Of a stretch of 64,000 nucleotides of DNA, positions 1 through 14,749 are shown in pieces. The stretch is from Octopus vulgaris. Lineage: Eukaryota. The notes under the pieces are model-generated. The model saw only the letters and a program-made list of their open reading frames with translations. It was not told the origin of the DNA and searched no databases. The position numbers and the translations under genes are program-made. The DNA lies in contig OX597816.1 in the NCBI GenBank assembly GCA_951406725.2, positions 162,068,001 to 162,132,000 on the forward strand, given 5' to 3'. How positions within the stretch are numbered: the stretch's first letter is position 1; the number at the start of each line of letters is the position of its first letter.

Positions 1-40
1 GTCCTATCTGTATTTAGCCCCTTGTGGGAAATAAATAAAT

Positions 41-253
41 ATCCCATTCAATCTAGCAAAAAGGATATGTACGATTGTATCTTATACAACTATTCGGGAA
101 CTTCGCTTACAAGACCTCAAAATAACACTCATTGAACATCAATACACACCCACACTTACAGACCATGGAATTAAACGTGCCAAAAAATTGGACACAAACA
201 CACTAAGGACAGCAAAACAAACCACCACACCTCACTTAAAATCACTTCCATAC
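41..253 (+). mobile_element. Penelope-like retroelement fragment (RT C-terminal/thumb region)
   Basis: Manual translation from 41: IPFNLAKRICTIVSYTTIRELRLQDLKITLIEHQYTPTLTDHGIKRAKKLDTNTLRTAKQTTTPHLKSLPY, matching the PLE pattern IPxxxAxRxxxIxS...L...YP...I.RA after the RT core. Confidence 0.75.
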
Positions 254-787
254 ATGCATTGTCACCATAAATTTCTTTCATCTCATCAAAACTCTTTTGA
301 TGTGCGACATTTCAAGTATAAGAACCTGATCACAGATTCGCATTCAACTGCCTCCATTATAATACATTAGTCCACTTCAGCATCCTTAAAAGATGAACGA
401 ATACTTGTGGAAAGCTGCAATTTACAATGTGACATGTAAAGACATGTATGATTATACCCATACAAGTTCAATTTCCTGCAATAACCTGAAGTGTGTCAGG
501 GGAATCTTTAATGAACACCCCTCTTAATGTAATATAAATATAGTAATGATAACAATAATCCTTAGATGGAATTTATAAACATTTAATGCATCGCTACGCG
601 CGTTTCCACAAGCATCTTGTCTCTTAATATCACCGTCCGTATTCCTGGGATGATCACAGTGTAGTCCGTAGTATCCGGGGTCATCGGGTTGATCACCTTC
701 ATGGATTCATTTCCTCTGGCGATATTACATCAATGGATGTTTACTTGAGGGATGTTAATCTTTTGACCAGTACGAAGATGGGTGGAA

Positions 788-852
<65 letters not shown>

Positions 853-889
853 TAATTTCGATAAAATTTAGATATATTTTGACAAAAGA

Positions 890-1680
890 TTGGTCCAGGC
901 CACCATCTAATATGATTATCTAAATCCTTTTTAAGTCAAGTTTTGTGATATCATGATCCATTCAAGTAGCGAGTTCTTTTTGAGTGAATTGTATCAAGGT
1001 ATAGGTGGCTTATCTGGTATTCCTTGAAGAAATTTGCCCAGACTCCGTTTAAAGGTGATGGGATCCTTTTTCTTCTTTGATCAATTTTGAGACAATGTTA
1101 AACAGGGCAGGGCCTGTTGAGGAAAAGAAATTGTGTCGCAGTGCACCTATATGTTGTTATCCTGAATTGGGCAGGGTTCGTATGGCCCGTGGTCCCAGCC
1201 CGGGATGAACCTTGAAGCCAATGTTCAGGTCGTTTGGGCAATGCTGGTGGTATATTCTCCGCATCGAGCAAATTGTGTATCACTCACGGCGGTGCTGGAG
1301 AGAGTAGAGTTTCAAGACTTTAAGGCGGTCCCAGTAATGGAGATCTCTCATGCCCTTAAGTGAATGCCCTCTAGGGTAATTCAATTTTCGAGATGCTTTG
1401 TTTTATATGGGGGGAACCACAGGGAGCAGCAGTAATCGAGGTGTGGCCGTACAAAGGAGGAGAAAAGTGAAATGATGACACTTTGTTCTCTGGACTGGAA
1501 GGTACTTAAGATCCAGGAGCCCATCCTACGAGCTACATCGACCTTATTGTTGATGTGGGCACTCCAACTGAGATTGTTATCAACAATTACTCCTAGGTCT
1601 CAGATATTATTAGATGCTGTGAGCAGTTCCCCTGAAGGAAGAGAGTATGGCTGTTTTAGCATAGACTTTCTTCCAAAATG
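890..1680 (-). mobile_element. 5'-truncated, degenerate CR1/L2/Jockey-group LINE (RT C-terminus and 3' UTR)
   Basis: Minus strand reads DLGVIVDNNLSWSAHINNKVDVARRMGSWILSTFQSRE...FVRPHLDYCCSLW...HYWDRLKVLKLYSLQHRRE...LRHNFFSSTGPALFNIV...FKRSLGKFLQGIPDKPP with stops/frameshifts; second copy of the 3' end at 31075-31372. Confidence 0.88.
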
Positions 1681-2005
1681 CATTTATATAAAACAATTGC
1701 AGCGAGGAAGGCGTTTATAAGCCATTTGAGAAACACACAAAATCCGTTAGATTCACTTCATCATTTCAATTTGAGATCGCGACCTGTTCACTACCACGGA
1801 ATTTTGTGGTTGAACAGGTCGCGGTCTCAAAGCAACGAAAATATTTTGGCAAATCAAATTTAAATGTTGAAGTGAATCTAATGGTTTTTGTGCGTTTCTT
1901 AAATGGCTTATAAACGCCTTTCACGCTGTAGTTGTTTTCGTTCCAGCACACAATCTCAGATCAGGTCACTTGCTATGCAAGTACATCTCCGAATATATAT
2001 GTATG

Positions 2006-2053
<48 letters not shown>

Positions 2054-2543
2054 CTAGCAGTATCGCCCGGCGTTGCTCGGGTTTGTAAGGGAAATAACTA
2101 TATAAGCATTTTTAGAGAGTTACTTCTTTTATAAATTCGGGCTTTCTTAGCCATTTTTGTTTTGGTATCTTCAAGCCATGAAGTCGTTGTTCTAAAAGAA
2201 CGCTGGTTTCCTTCACAACGCATTACGACGTTGATTTCTTTACACTCCCTTCCCCACAGCTTCACGAGGGAGGGAAGGGGGAGAAGCAAACAGGTGCAGC
2301 TGTGACCATGGACGCCAACTCCGCCGCCATCGACACACGATGCATTTTATGCATTAAAATGGAATAAAAAATGATGTTAAATTATTTTTAAAATCGTAGA
2401 CTCATCGTAGACGCGCGCTAATACTCAGACGGGCTCGATATGAATCACGACTATAAGATACCCGAATTTGGTTAAACTGCACCGCAAAATGTGGGAGGAG
2501 TTAGGAATCTAAATCGAAGGGGACAGACACTCACACAACTAGA

Positions 2544-2556
<13 letters not shown>
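2054..2556 (-). mobile_element. Non-autonomous Helitron, family H1 copy 1
   Basis: Minus-strand 3' end CCCGAGCAACGCCGGG hairpin + CGATACTG-CTAG (CTAG 2054-2057); body shared with 10907-11300 and 53820-54211; 5' end merges into (AT)n; no TSD. Confidence 0.8.
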
Positions 2557-2594
<38 letters not shown>

Positions 2595-2828
2595 GCAACA
2601 CATCTAGATGATACATTACAATGAATTGAGATATTTGAAAACTTATACACGAAACCGGTAATTTCTTCAAAAACTATGTCACTGTATGAAAAAAATTTAT
2701 AACATTCTTCTGACATAATGACTCAAATATATATTTTTTAACCTTTTAAAACAAGCCTTCTGTAGTTTTTTCACTTTTTACTATTTTCTATATATTCAAC
2801 CACGTGCTTTCACACACCAACTTTCTCA

Positions 2829-2888
<60 letters not shown>

Positions 2889-3119
2889 AGCACACACGCA
2901 TATATTTCCAACTAAAGATGTTTATATACAAGCACACACGCATATATTTCCAACTAAAGATGTTTATAATGTAATTTTGCAACTTTAAACTTCAATAAAT
3001 TTTGATGTCCATATGACAGAAGCTAAATTGTTTCAGTTTCGTCATATGGTGTTAGTGTTTGCAGTTTTGAAATTGTGTGAATGTTAATCTCTTCGGTCAT
3101 TCCACTGTCAGATAATCAA

Positions 3120-3600
3120 AAATGGTGCCAGTAGAAGAACAGGTTAAGTTTAAATTATGGCTTTCAAAACGAAAATTCATAATATTTGCCAGGAGATTCA
3201 TCAGTTGTTAACGTAGGAAGAGAGCACGTCATGAAAACGTGGTTAATATATGGATGAACGGATTTAAAGGAAGTGGGTTCGTTTGTAAAAGAGTATGAAG
3301 GACGGCGTTTGGTTGAAATATATGATGTGAGTGTGTCTAGGTTTTCATGACAGCTAAATGATATTGAATACAGTTGTCACAGCATATATCACTTCAGTTA
3401 AATAATAATCTACACGTAGATAATAACAACATGCAGGTCTCCCGGTTGATTTAGATCTGCATTACTAATAGTTTCACAGAAGTTTGATCGTCGAGAAGCG
3501 ATGATACTAAGTATTGAGAAAATATGACTACGAAACGAGGTCGATCGTCATTGAATGGCGTGCAAATGCGTCTGTATAAACCAGATTAGATCGCTTGATA
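3120..3600 (+). mobile_element. Very degenerate Tc1/mariner transposase N-terminal (HTH) relic
   Basis: MVPVEEQVKFKLWLSKRK ... WMNGFKGSGFVCKR resembles the mariner N-terminal pattern (Q/E..VLW..E.KS...I..W...F.ETGSV); many stops. Confidence 0.4.
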
Positions 3601-3796
3601 TAGCCATTAAGGAAACAATTACTAATTATTTCAGCTAGTAATAGCAATAATTCAACCTAACTTTTATAATTACCAATTGTTGCTAACGCTGTGTTATAAC
3701 GTTTATTTTAATTTCAGCAAAATTAGAATAAAATCTATAGAATGTGTTATGAACAAGTAACTGAAAATTACTGAGCAGAGAATACTACAATACAAA

Positions 3797-3996
3797 AGTT
3801 CACTCTTCATGTTAAGAGGTACAGAGCGGTGTTGCAAAATATGCAGTTTCTTAGAAAGACAGTTATAGTATGGGTGAGTAAGACAGTATTGAAAATGTTC
3901 ATCTATGCAGATAGTTTCTCTGTCTCGAAGTCTTGTTTTGTCTCTGAGTAGCTACATATCTTGCAACAGCCTACTACAGTTCATGAAAAGTGAACT
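3797..3996. repeat. Old imperfect inverted repeat (~60-bp arms), probable decayed MITE
   Basis: AGTTCACTCTTCATG...TGTTGCAAAATATGCAG (3797-3861) is the imperfect reverse complement of 3939-3996. Confidence 0.5.
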
Positions 3997-4382
3997 GTCA
4001 TACAGCTGCCACCAATGGATCTCACTGTTAGATAATTTTTTAACCATTAGTTGCTAACGTCATTCCATTACTTTTTCTGTAATTCTTGTTGAGATTTCTG
4101 ATGAGAGTCAGAGTCTACACCTTTCCACAGAACTGGATTTGTTTTACATCCAAGAGCGTTCCTGCTCAGTCGCTAATATTTCTGGTAGCTGTTTAAATAA
4201 AAGGTCAATAACACAACACAAACCTACTAATAAGCCTGCGCTTCATAGTTAACTAATGAAAATCAGCCACAATTAGAATCTATAGCTGCCTCACTATTTA
4301 ATATCATAGAATCAAAACGATTGAAAAGCTGCCTAACCGTACTTACTATTTCTTTTGACTCTTTTACTTTTTATTTTATATA

Positions 4383-4767
4383 TACTCTTTACTCATTTAT
4401 TCTTTTAATTGTTTCAGTCATTTGACTGTGGTCGTGCTGGAGCACCGCCCTTTTAGTCGACCCCAGGACTTATTCTTTGTAAGCTTAGTACTTATTCTAT
4501 CGCTAAGTTACAGGGACGTAAACACACCAGCATCGGTTGTCAAGCGATGATGGGAGGACATACAGACACACAAACATATACACACACATACATATATGTA
4601 CATATATACGACGGGCCTCTTTCAGTTTCCGTCTACCAAATCAACTCACAAGGCTTTGGTCGACTCGAGGCTATAGTAGAAGACACTTGCCCAATGTGCC
4701 ACGCAGTGCCATTGAATCCGGAACCATGTAGTTCGTAAGCAAGCCACTTACCACACAGCCACTCCTA

Positions 4768-4770
<3 letters not shown>
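4383..4770 (-). mobile_element. tRNA-derived SINE family A (~400 bp, CORE-like; octopus OK/OR-type)
   Basis: Family consensus: head GGAGTGGCTGTGTGGTAAG...GGTTCAGTCCC (A/B-box-like), GTGGCACCTTGGGCAAGTG CORE-like motif, internal (TA)/(TG)n, tail CAGTCAAATGACTGAAAC; about 15 copies in window. Confidence 0.9.
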
Positions 4771-4809
<39 letters not shown>

Positions 4810-5246
4810 CAAACTAAATATGAACACACAACTTAATACAGAACACCACTAACCATTCAATTAAAACCACTAACCCCTATACACTCCGTACACCATTCAC
4901 ATAACAATTCTATATCTAAATCCAGAACTACTTACCTCTCTTACAAATAATCTGTTTTCTCAGGAACTATTAGACCTGACACCGTTCATTAGCCGGTGTT
5001 TATTCAAAGCAATGAATATTTTGTGACAAAACCATGGTATGCTTTTCTTTCTGACTTTTTAATCATCTCATAATAATGACTTTTATGACTTTTATTACTA
5101 CCTCAGTCCATTTAAATGTATATATCTATCGTTATCTTTCATAAAAAGCCTTTTTTTTTATTTACAATGTGCATTTTCGTTGATTTTTCTTATTTTCCCC
5201 TTACATTTCCACGTGTATTTTATATTTTCTTTTTGTAACATATTTC

Positions 5247-5295
<49 letters not shown>

Positions 5296-5931
5296 CATAA
5301 GGATAAGCATATTAAAAGGGGTCCGCGTGAAAACTCATTTAAATAAAACAATTGAGAATCACTATTAGGAACCACTGGTATGAGATGGGTACTTATATCT
5401 CAAAGTGTTTAATATCAATAAACCTACAAGATCACAGACGTCAGCACTATCGTACGACCCCATAGATACATCAAATAGTTCGTCCCTATGCATATTTATA
5501 TTTATTGAATAGTGACTACTGTCCCTTTATCACTCCAGCATCACTCTTAATTACATTCAGTTTGCGTAATTTTCTTTAGGAGACTAATGATTACCAAAAA
5601 GATTTTTCAAGGCGGTAAAAGATAACAAATAAAAGATGTATATGTGTGTATTATGTGGGGGCAGGGAGAGAAGCTTCCATAGACCAAACTGGAAGAGATT
5701 TTCTGTCAAGCTTTCACTTACAAAAGGTTTCACAGACATCAAGCAATTCAGCAAAAATTCGCATTTGCATTACATAAGTATTTATAGCAGCTGTAGTAGG
5801 TAGTAATTGCGGAATCTCGTGGGGCTTCAATCAATCCTTCTATTGTTACATATCATGATATCGCATTATTTACATAAAAATAAATTACTACAATAAATCT
5901 CTGTGTGTGTATAAGTATGTGTGTATGGATA

Positions 5932-6006
<75 letters not shown>

Positions 6007-6029
6007 GTATGTAAATATATATATGTCTG

Positions 6030-6062
<33 letters not shown>

Positions 6063-6233
6063 GTATATATATATATGTATATGTATCTATACTCTACATT
6101 TTGCATGTAAATAACCTCTCTTGCAATACATCTAGTCATTAACTCTTTACATTAGAACTTATTGAAATACTACCTTTTCCCCTTGAGGTGAGAATAGATA
6201 GATTTATTTCCAATAAATCTTTAAATGAAAAAT

Positions 6234-6265
<32 letters not shown>

Positions 6266-6479
6266 GCAAAAAAACCCCACAAAAACTTATTCAATCTTGG
6301 AAGACCGGAATGCTATCATTTCAATTCCAAGCAATGTGGTTTTATTTTTCTGATTCTTCGACATTTCTTAGCTGCTGAATTTAAAGAATATTGGAAATTG
6401 GAACGGAATGTTTCAATATTTTCAATGTCACGACATAATTGTTGCTTTTTGACTGAGCATATCCCATAGTTGTTTTTAA

Positions 6480-6695
6480 ATTGTTTTCCATTTCTGTGAT
6501 TGTTGTTGATGTTTCCATTGATACAGTTTTTCCTTGTTATTTCTGTTGTTGTTGCTATTGTTGATGTTATTGTTACTTTTATTTTTATCATCATCACTAT
6601 TATCATCAGCATCGCCATCATCACCCTCATCACCATTCTTTTCACATTCGATACTACCATTATCTGTCATTATCAATGTTGTTATTCTTCTTCTT

Positions 6696-6765
<70 letters not shown>
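6480..6765. repeat. Compound trinucleotide microsatellite (GTT/CAT/TTC/TTA)n
   Basis: Directly visible; explains the poly-S/Y/L/I/F ORFs. Confidence 0.95.
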
Positions 6766-6766
<1 letters not shown>

Positions 6767-7205
6767 GACGGCGAGTTGGCAGAATCGTTAGCACGCCAAG
6801 TGAAAGGCTTAGCGGTTTTTTGTCTTTCTTCGTGCCTCAGAGTTCAAATTTTGCCGAGGTCGACTTTACCTTTCATCCTATCAAGGTCGATAAATTAAGT
6901 ACTAGTGAAACACTGGGGTGGATGTAATTGACTAGTCCTCTCTCTGCTAACTTGAGGTCTATTACCTCCAGTAGAAAGGATCATTCATATTATTATTACG
7001 GCGAGCTGGCAGAATCGTATGCATGCCAGGCAAAATGCTTAGCGCTATTTCATTTGTCGCTATGTTCTTAGTTCAAATTCCGGCGAGGTCGATTTTACCA
7101 TTCATCCTTTCGGAGGTGAGAGAATAAGTACCAGCTGAACACTGGGGTCGACGTTATCGACTAGCCACCTCTCTCAAAACTGCTGCCCTTGGGGCAGAAC
7201 TTGAG
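6765..7205 (+). mobile_element. Two tandem copies of SINE family B (~210 bp, tRNA head + MetaSINE-like domain)
   Basis: GGCGAGCTGGCAGAATCGTTAGC (A-box-like), GAGTTCAAATTCC (B-box-like), CCTTTCATCCTTTCGGGGTCGATAAATTAAGTACC resembling the Meta/Sauria SINE central domain. Confidence 0.85.
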
Positions 7206-7221
7206 ATTATTATTATTATTA

Positions 7222-7537
7222 CTTTTTTTTTTCTTCTTTCAAATTTGCTTCCATTTCTTGCCGAGTGTCTTCCCGACTCCTAGGGCAAAGAAACTCATAG
7301 TATACATTGGTAGGCCATTAAACCAAACTCAGTAGTTCGTTCATTTTTTAATTTTTTTAAAGTTAAATTAAAATACATGAGCAGCAACAGTTCTCACATC
7401 GACAATGCTCTTCTCAATACGTGTGATGTACCAGTTAAGACAATCTTTTGCACTTCTTGCAGGGATGGTAAGCCAGGGATCATTCTCATATAATTTTCGG
7501 TTCCCTTCTTGATCATTCCTAGTGCTCCTACGATCAC

Positions 7538-7540
<3 letters not shown>
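7222..7540 (-). mobile_element. R4/Dong-like restriction-endonuclease LINE 3' end inserted in (TAA)n
   Basis: Minus strand VIVGALGMIKKGTENYMRMIPGLPSLQEVQKIVLTGTSHVLRRALSM*, the typical RLE-LINE C-terminus; 3' UTR with A-rich end; (TTA)n on both sides. Confidence 0.85.
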
Positions 7541-7610
<70 letters not shown>

Positions 7611-7612
<2 letters not shown>

Positions 7613-7721
7613 TGTTTGACTTTTGCTTTATGTCTGTACAAGTTGTCTCCAAGTCTCACCCAGAGACCTCAAGCGACAACAGGTTGGAAGTTCACGTTGT
7701 TGTTATGCCTAGTGTGCCATA

Positions 7722-7722
<1 letters not shown>
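7611..7722 (-). mobile_element. Short non-LTR 3' UTR fragment ending in (TAA)n
   Basis: 110-bp non-repetitive island flanked both sides by pure (TTA)n, same polarity as neighbours; family assignment is inference. Confidence 0.5.
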
Positions 7723-7806
<84 letters not shown>

Positions 7807-7810
7807 TTTA

Positions 7811-8032
7811 AGTGAGAGCAGTGTATGCCATCAAAATGACACTGGGGTAAAATATATGAAACCCAGTATACCCATCATGACTACCCGTCTGATAACGGTA
7901 CACTAGGCACTTGCATCACAACCATATGTGCGCGACGTGGTGATCTCATATCAAGATAAACAGTGCATGACCTAGCGGGTGGGGCTCAGTTAGAATTTTC
8001 TTCATGTCGAGTAGCTCATCCAACTCAATTGA
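7811..8032 (-). mobile_element. Non-LTR retrotransposon 3' UTR with (TAA)n tail
   Basis: Shares GAATTTTCTTCA.GT.GAGT.GCTCATCC.ACTCAA with 42041-42186, which also abuts a (TTA)n array. Confidence 0.6.
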
Positions 8033-8088
8033 CTGGCACCCTCCCCCCAAATTTTGGGACTTGTGCCTAGATGAGAAAAGATTATTTT

Positions 8089-8780
8089 AAGGCGGCGAGC
8101 TGGCTGAGTTGTTAACGCTCCCGACAAAATGCTAAGCCGTATTCCGTCTGCCGTTACGTTCTAAGTTCAAATTCCGCCGAAGTTAACTTTGCTTTTCATT
8201 ATTTCGGGGTCGGTAAAATAAGTCCCAGTTGAGCGCTGGAGTCGACGTAATCGACTTACCCTTCTACCAAAATTGCTGGTATTGTGTCAAAATCCTAAAA
8301 TAATAATTATTAGGCCGGACTAAATATATTCGTAGAGGGTCCGAATATCCTTTTCTACTCTAGGCATAAGACCCCAAGTTTCTGAGGAGGGGACCAGTCC
8401 ATTAGATCGACCCAAGTACGTAACTGGTACATAATTTATCGACCCTGAAAGGATGAAAGGCAAAGTCGACCTCGGCGGAATTTGATCTCAGAACTTAAAG
8501 ACAGGCGAAATATCGCTAAGCATTTCGCCCAGCGTGCTAACGCTTCTGGGACCTAATATTATTCTTTTCTACTCTAGGCACAAGGCCTGAAATTTTGAGG
8601 GAGGGAGCCAGTCGATTAGATCGACCCAAGTACGCAACTGGTACTTAATTTATCGACCCTGAAAGGATGAAAGGCAGAGTCGACCTCGGCGGAATTTGAA
8701 CTTTGAACGTCAAGACAGACGAAATACTGCTAAGCATTTCGCCCGACGTCCCTAATGATTCTGCCAGCTCGCCGCCTTAT
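8089..8780. mobile_element. SINE family B cluster (one + copy 8089-8300, two tandem - copies 8346-8780)
   Basis: Same diagnostic motifs as 6765-7205. Confidence 0.85.
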
Positions 8781-9473
8781 AGAATTTCCTAACATTATTG
8801 TTATGGCGACTAAACAACAACAATACACTATTTTAATTATATGTTAAAACAGTTCAGGCGATGATTTGGAAAAATCGTTAAAAGATTGGCTTGAATGTCT
8901 AGCAGTCCTTATTTCGTTTCTTTGCGTTCTGCGTTCAAATCAGACCGAACTCAAATTTGTTTTTCATCCTTTCGGAATTGAAAAAAAAACTCCAATCCAT
9001 GGTAAGGGATCGGCGAGACTTAAAAGTTCGGGCGAGTTGACTTTCGGTATCTGTTCCTAGTTTTTGCGTTCTGAAGGCAACGCCTGTGAGGAAGCTGGTG
9101 CCAATCCTACGTCAACAGATTTTCTTTAGCGTAAGCACTACTAAGAAGAGAGGAGATTTGCATTGATGAGCAACTGCCAGGCTTCTCCAAAATAAATAAA
9201 TAGGTTTATATAGCTGTGAAGATCCTGTGGGAGAATTCTAAAAGCAAATTTTCGAAATGGCTTCTTGAGAGAAAAGAACTGCACAAATGCAATGATTGAG
9301 TACTTGAAGACGACAGAAAAATCAAACCGACCGAAATGTAATGTTAAGCACAAAAATACATAAGTCTACCAAAACCCCATTGTCTATAACTGGTAGGTGA
9401 GAGTACATTGCGCTCCCATTATCCGTTATTAGTTTCATGAGGCCGGAGCAATTTGAAATGATTTCTACGTATA

Positions 9474-10170
<697 letters not shown>

Positions 10171-10867
10171 GAGTCGGCTTTGCTAAAATCTTTGAACCGA
10201 GGAGAAGCAGGATGGTGCCAGTCCTTGTGTTCCCAGGAAGAAAAGGAATCGTTACATCACTTCAGATCTTTGTTTAGCTTGCCTTTGAAGAGCAAGAGTA
10301 GACTTCCAAATGACCTTACTGTTGAGAATTGTCCAAAGAGAAGCTGCTTCAGAATTCTTATATCATTAATACGTGAGATGACCACCTATTCATCTAAGCT
10401 GTATTTTGATGAGGATAGCTTCAGTACCTGGTATGTTATATTTTGTTTGCACCTAACTGTTACGAATACGGTCACTCAGTTTTATGCTGGAGTACGCAAG
10501 CATCGTACATTAAAATCGTCAAGTTGGTTGATATGCTTTTGGTACAAGGTTCATGATTCACTACCATAAAGCAATAATGTCAAAATCACTGACTTGTATA
10601 CATCGACTTTTACCTTCAACGATGCGTCGTAGCTGTTTCAATGTCTATTGTAATGCTTGCTGAAAGTGGAACTAGCTTTACCTATTCTGAACTCTTAGCA
10701 CCATTGGCAGTTGATGAGTTGGACTCCAAAAATGATAGCATTCCAACAGCCGTTCACTAAATTTTCAATCGACCAATCGATCGATTAAGTACAATGAACC
10801 ATAAACAACAAAATGAATATCAGAAACAGCTGTAAGTCTATAATGTACAAATAAAAGTAAAAAGCCC

Positions 10868-10906
<39 letters not shown>

Positions 10907-10907
<1 letters not shown>

Positions 10908-11297
10908 TAGCAGTATCGCCCGGCGTTGCTCGGGTTTGTAAGGGAAATAACTATATAAGCATTTTTAGAGATTTATAGCCAAAAAATAGCAAAAAAATGC
11001 ATTAAAAATGGAAAAAAAATTATGGTAAATTTTTTTAAATCGTTGACTCATCGTAGACATATTGAGAGAGTTACTTCCCTTATATAATAGCGAAAATGCA
11101 TTAAAATGGAAAAAAATGATGGTAATTTTAAAAAAAAATCGTAGACTCATCGTAGACGCGCGCTAATACCCAGAAGGGCTCGATATGAATCACGACTATA
11201 AGATACCCGGTTTTGGTTAAACTGCACCGCAAAATGTGGGAGTAGTTAGGAATCTAAATCGTAGGAGACAGACACACAACCTCTCTTTTATATATAA

Positions 11298-11300
<3 letters not shown>
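10907..11300 (-). mobile_element. Non-autonomous Helitron, family H1 copy 2
   Basis: Minus strand A|TCTTTATATATAAAA...CCCGAGCAACGCCGGGCGATACTGCTAG|T: 5' TC, 3' hairpin + CTAG, AT target, no TSD. Confidence 0.88.
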
Positions 11301-11346
<46 letters not shown>

Positions 11347-11440
11347 CATAAACATACACACTCACATATATATATATCTTAAATTAATGACACATTATTA
11401 ATTATCTTATAACAGCAATGCCGAGAAAAGTCATGGATTA

Positions 11441-11944
11441 CATGGAAAAATGCGAGCATGAAAAGTAATATTCTTAAGATTATAAACCTGGAAAAGTACA
11501 GGGCAAATTATTACACCTGTAAAAGTGTAGGACAAACTATTGCTTAAAGTAAAATAACAAATAAGAAACTTTTTACTTAAAATATTGCAGCTAAAATTAA
11601 AATTTGAATATTAAAACTTATTTTATTATAGTTTACAAATAGCACTATACTTATTTAAGTAGAATTTGGCTAATTTACTACATTAAATACAGAAAAAGTG
11701 ACTAATTAGACAAACTTACAAATTAGCTGAACAGTTTTGTACAATAAATTTTAAAGTTAAGAATTGTAAACAGTACTAAATTAGAACTGGCATTCTTTGC
11801 TGCAATATTTTAAGTAAAAAGTTTCTTTTCTTTACTTTACTAGAAGTAATAGTTTGTCCTATATTTTTACAGGTGTACTTGTCCTGTACTTTTCCAGGTT
11901 TATAATCTTAAGATTATGACTTTTCCTGCTCGCATTTTTCCATG
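11441..11944. mobile_element. MITE with ~150-bp terminal inverted repeats and TA target duplication
   Basis: TA|CATGGAAAAATGCGAGCA...TGCTCGCATTTTTCCATG|TA; arms about 11441-11591 and 11799-11944. Confidence 0.88.
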
Positions 11945-11949
11945 TATAT

Positions 11950-12159
11950 ATTTGTGTGGGTCTTTGTCCCCACTTCATCGCTTGACAACTGGTTTCGGCG
12001 TGTTTCCGCCCCCGTAACCCAGCGGTTCTCCAAAATTGACCGAAAGAATAGGTACTATGCTTACAAAGAATAAGTCCTGGGGTCGATTTGCTCGACTAAA
12101 GGCGGTGCTCCAGCATGGACACAGTCAAATGACTGAAACAAGCAAAAGAATAAAAGAAT

Positions 12160-12160
<1 letters not shown>
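11950..12160 (+). mobile_element. SINE family A, 3' half
   Basis: ATCGCTTGACAAC...GGCGGTGCTCCAGCATGG..CAGTCAAATGACTGAAAC. Confidence 0.85.
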
Positions 12161-13565
<1,405 letters not shown>

Positions 13566-13632
13566 CATTTGTCTTTATGTCAAGTTATATATATGCAAAA
13601 TTAACATTAAACTGATATTATTCAACACTTTA

Positions 13633-13830
13633 AGGTGGCGAGTTGGCAGAAACCTTAGCACGCTGGACGAAATGCTTAGCAGAATTTTGCCCATCGCTAC
13701 GTTCTGAGTTCAAATTCCGTCGAGGTCGATTTAGCCTTTCATCCTTTCGAGCTGAAAAACTGGGGTCGATGTAATCAACTAGTCACCTACGCTGAAATCC
13801 CAAGCCCTGTGCCTATAGTAGAAAGGGTTA
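13633..13830 (+). mobile_element. SINE family B
   Basis: Diagnostic head and Meta-like domain. Confidence 0.85.
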
Positions 13831-14158
13831 TTTTCAATACTTTACAGGAAGTTATGCGTTAACTAAACTATTAAAAGATCGTAATTTCGAAATTTGCGTC
13901 TGTTAGCCTTCATCCGACTATATTGTACTTTTTTTGTTTAATATAGTCTTTATATAGTCTTTGGCTAGTGATCTTCTTGGGGTAGGTAGAACAATGTGGA
14001 ATGAGGATAATATATACATACTGCAGCAATGTAACTACACGCGTACAGTTGTTGATTTCTTTTTCTTTGTTTTTATTCCGTTTTCCTTTTCGACAAAGTG
14101 CAATGCTCGGAAAGTAATAATCTCTATTTTTTACCGAGAGAAAAAAAATCTACAAACA

Positions 14159-14592
14159 GGCACAGGAGTGGCTGTGTGGTAAGTAGCGAGCTTACAAACC
14201 ACATGGATCCGGGTTCAGTCCCACTGCGTGGTACCTTGCACAAGTGTCTTCTACTATAGCCTCGGGCCGACCAAAGCCTTGTGAGTGGATTTGTTAGACG
14301 GAAACTGAAAGAAGCCCGTCGTATATATGTATATGTATATATGTATGTGTGTGCGTATGTACTTCTGTGTCTGTGTTTGTCCCCCACCCACCACCACCAC
14401 CATCGCTCGACAACCGATGCTGGTGTGTTTACGTTCCCGAAATTTAGCGGTTCGCCAAAAAAGGGAACGATAGAATAAGTACTAGGCTTACAAAGAATAC
14501 GTCCTGGGGTCGATTTGCTCGACTAAAGGCAGTGCTCCAGCATGGTCGCAGCAAAAAGACTGAAACAAATAAAAAAGTAAAAGAGTAAAGAG
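14159..14592 (+). mobile_element. SINE family A, full length
   Basis: Head, CORE-like motif, internal microsatellite, tail. Confidence 0.9.
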
Positions 14593-14749
14593 ACATCAAT
14601 ATATACATATAAATACCTATGTTTATGTATTTATACATATATATATACACACGTATCCATATATTTAAATGATAATGGGGGTATATGTATTATTTTAAAA
14701 CTATTTTAATTATGGAGATACAAGATATACTCATGGGTGATTTAATCCT

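Noticed and set aside
2881-2967. 42-bp perfect tandem duplication (similar ones at 16931-17007 and 48983-49021)
   Set aside because: Ordinary slippage duplications with no further structure
9060-9330. Tc1 transposase remnant (KILWENSKSKF resembling KVLWSDESKF)
   Set aside because: Single weak motif, no TIR; insufficient support
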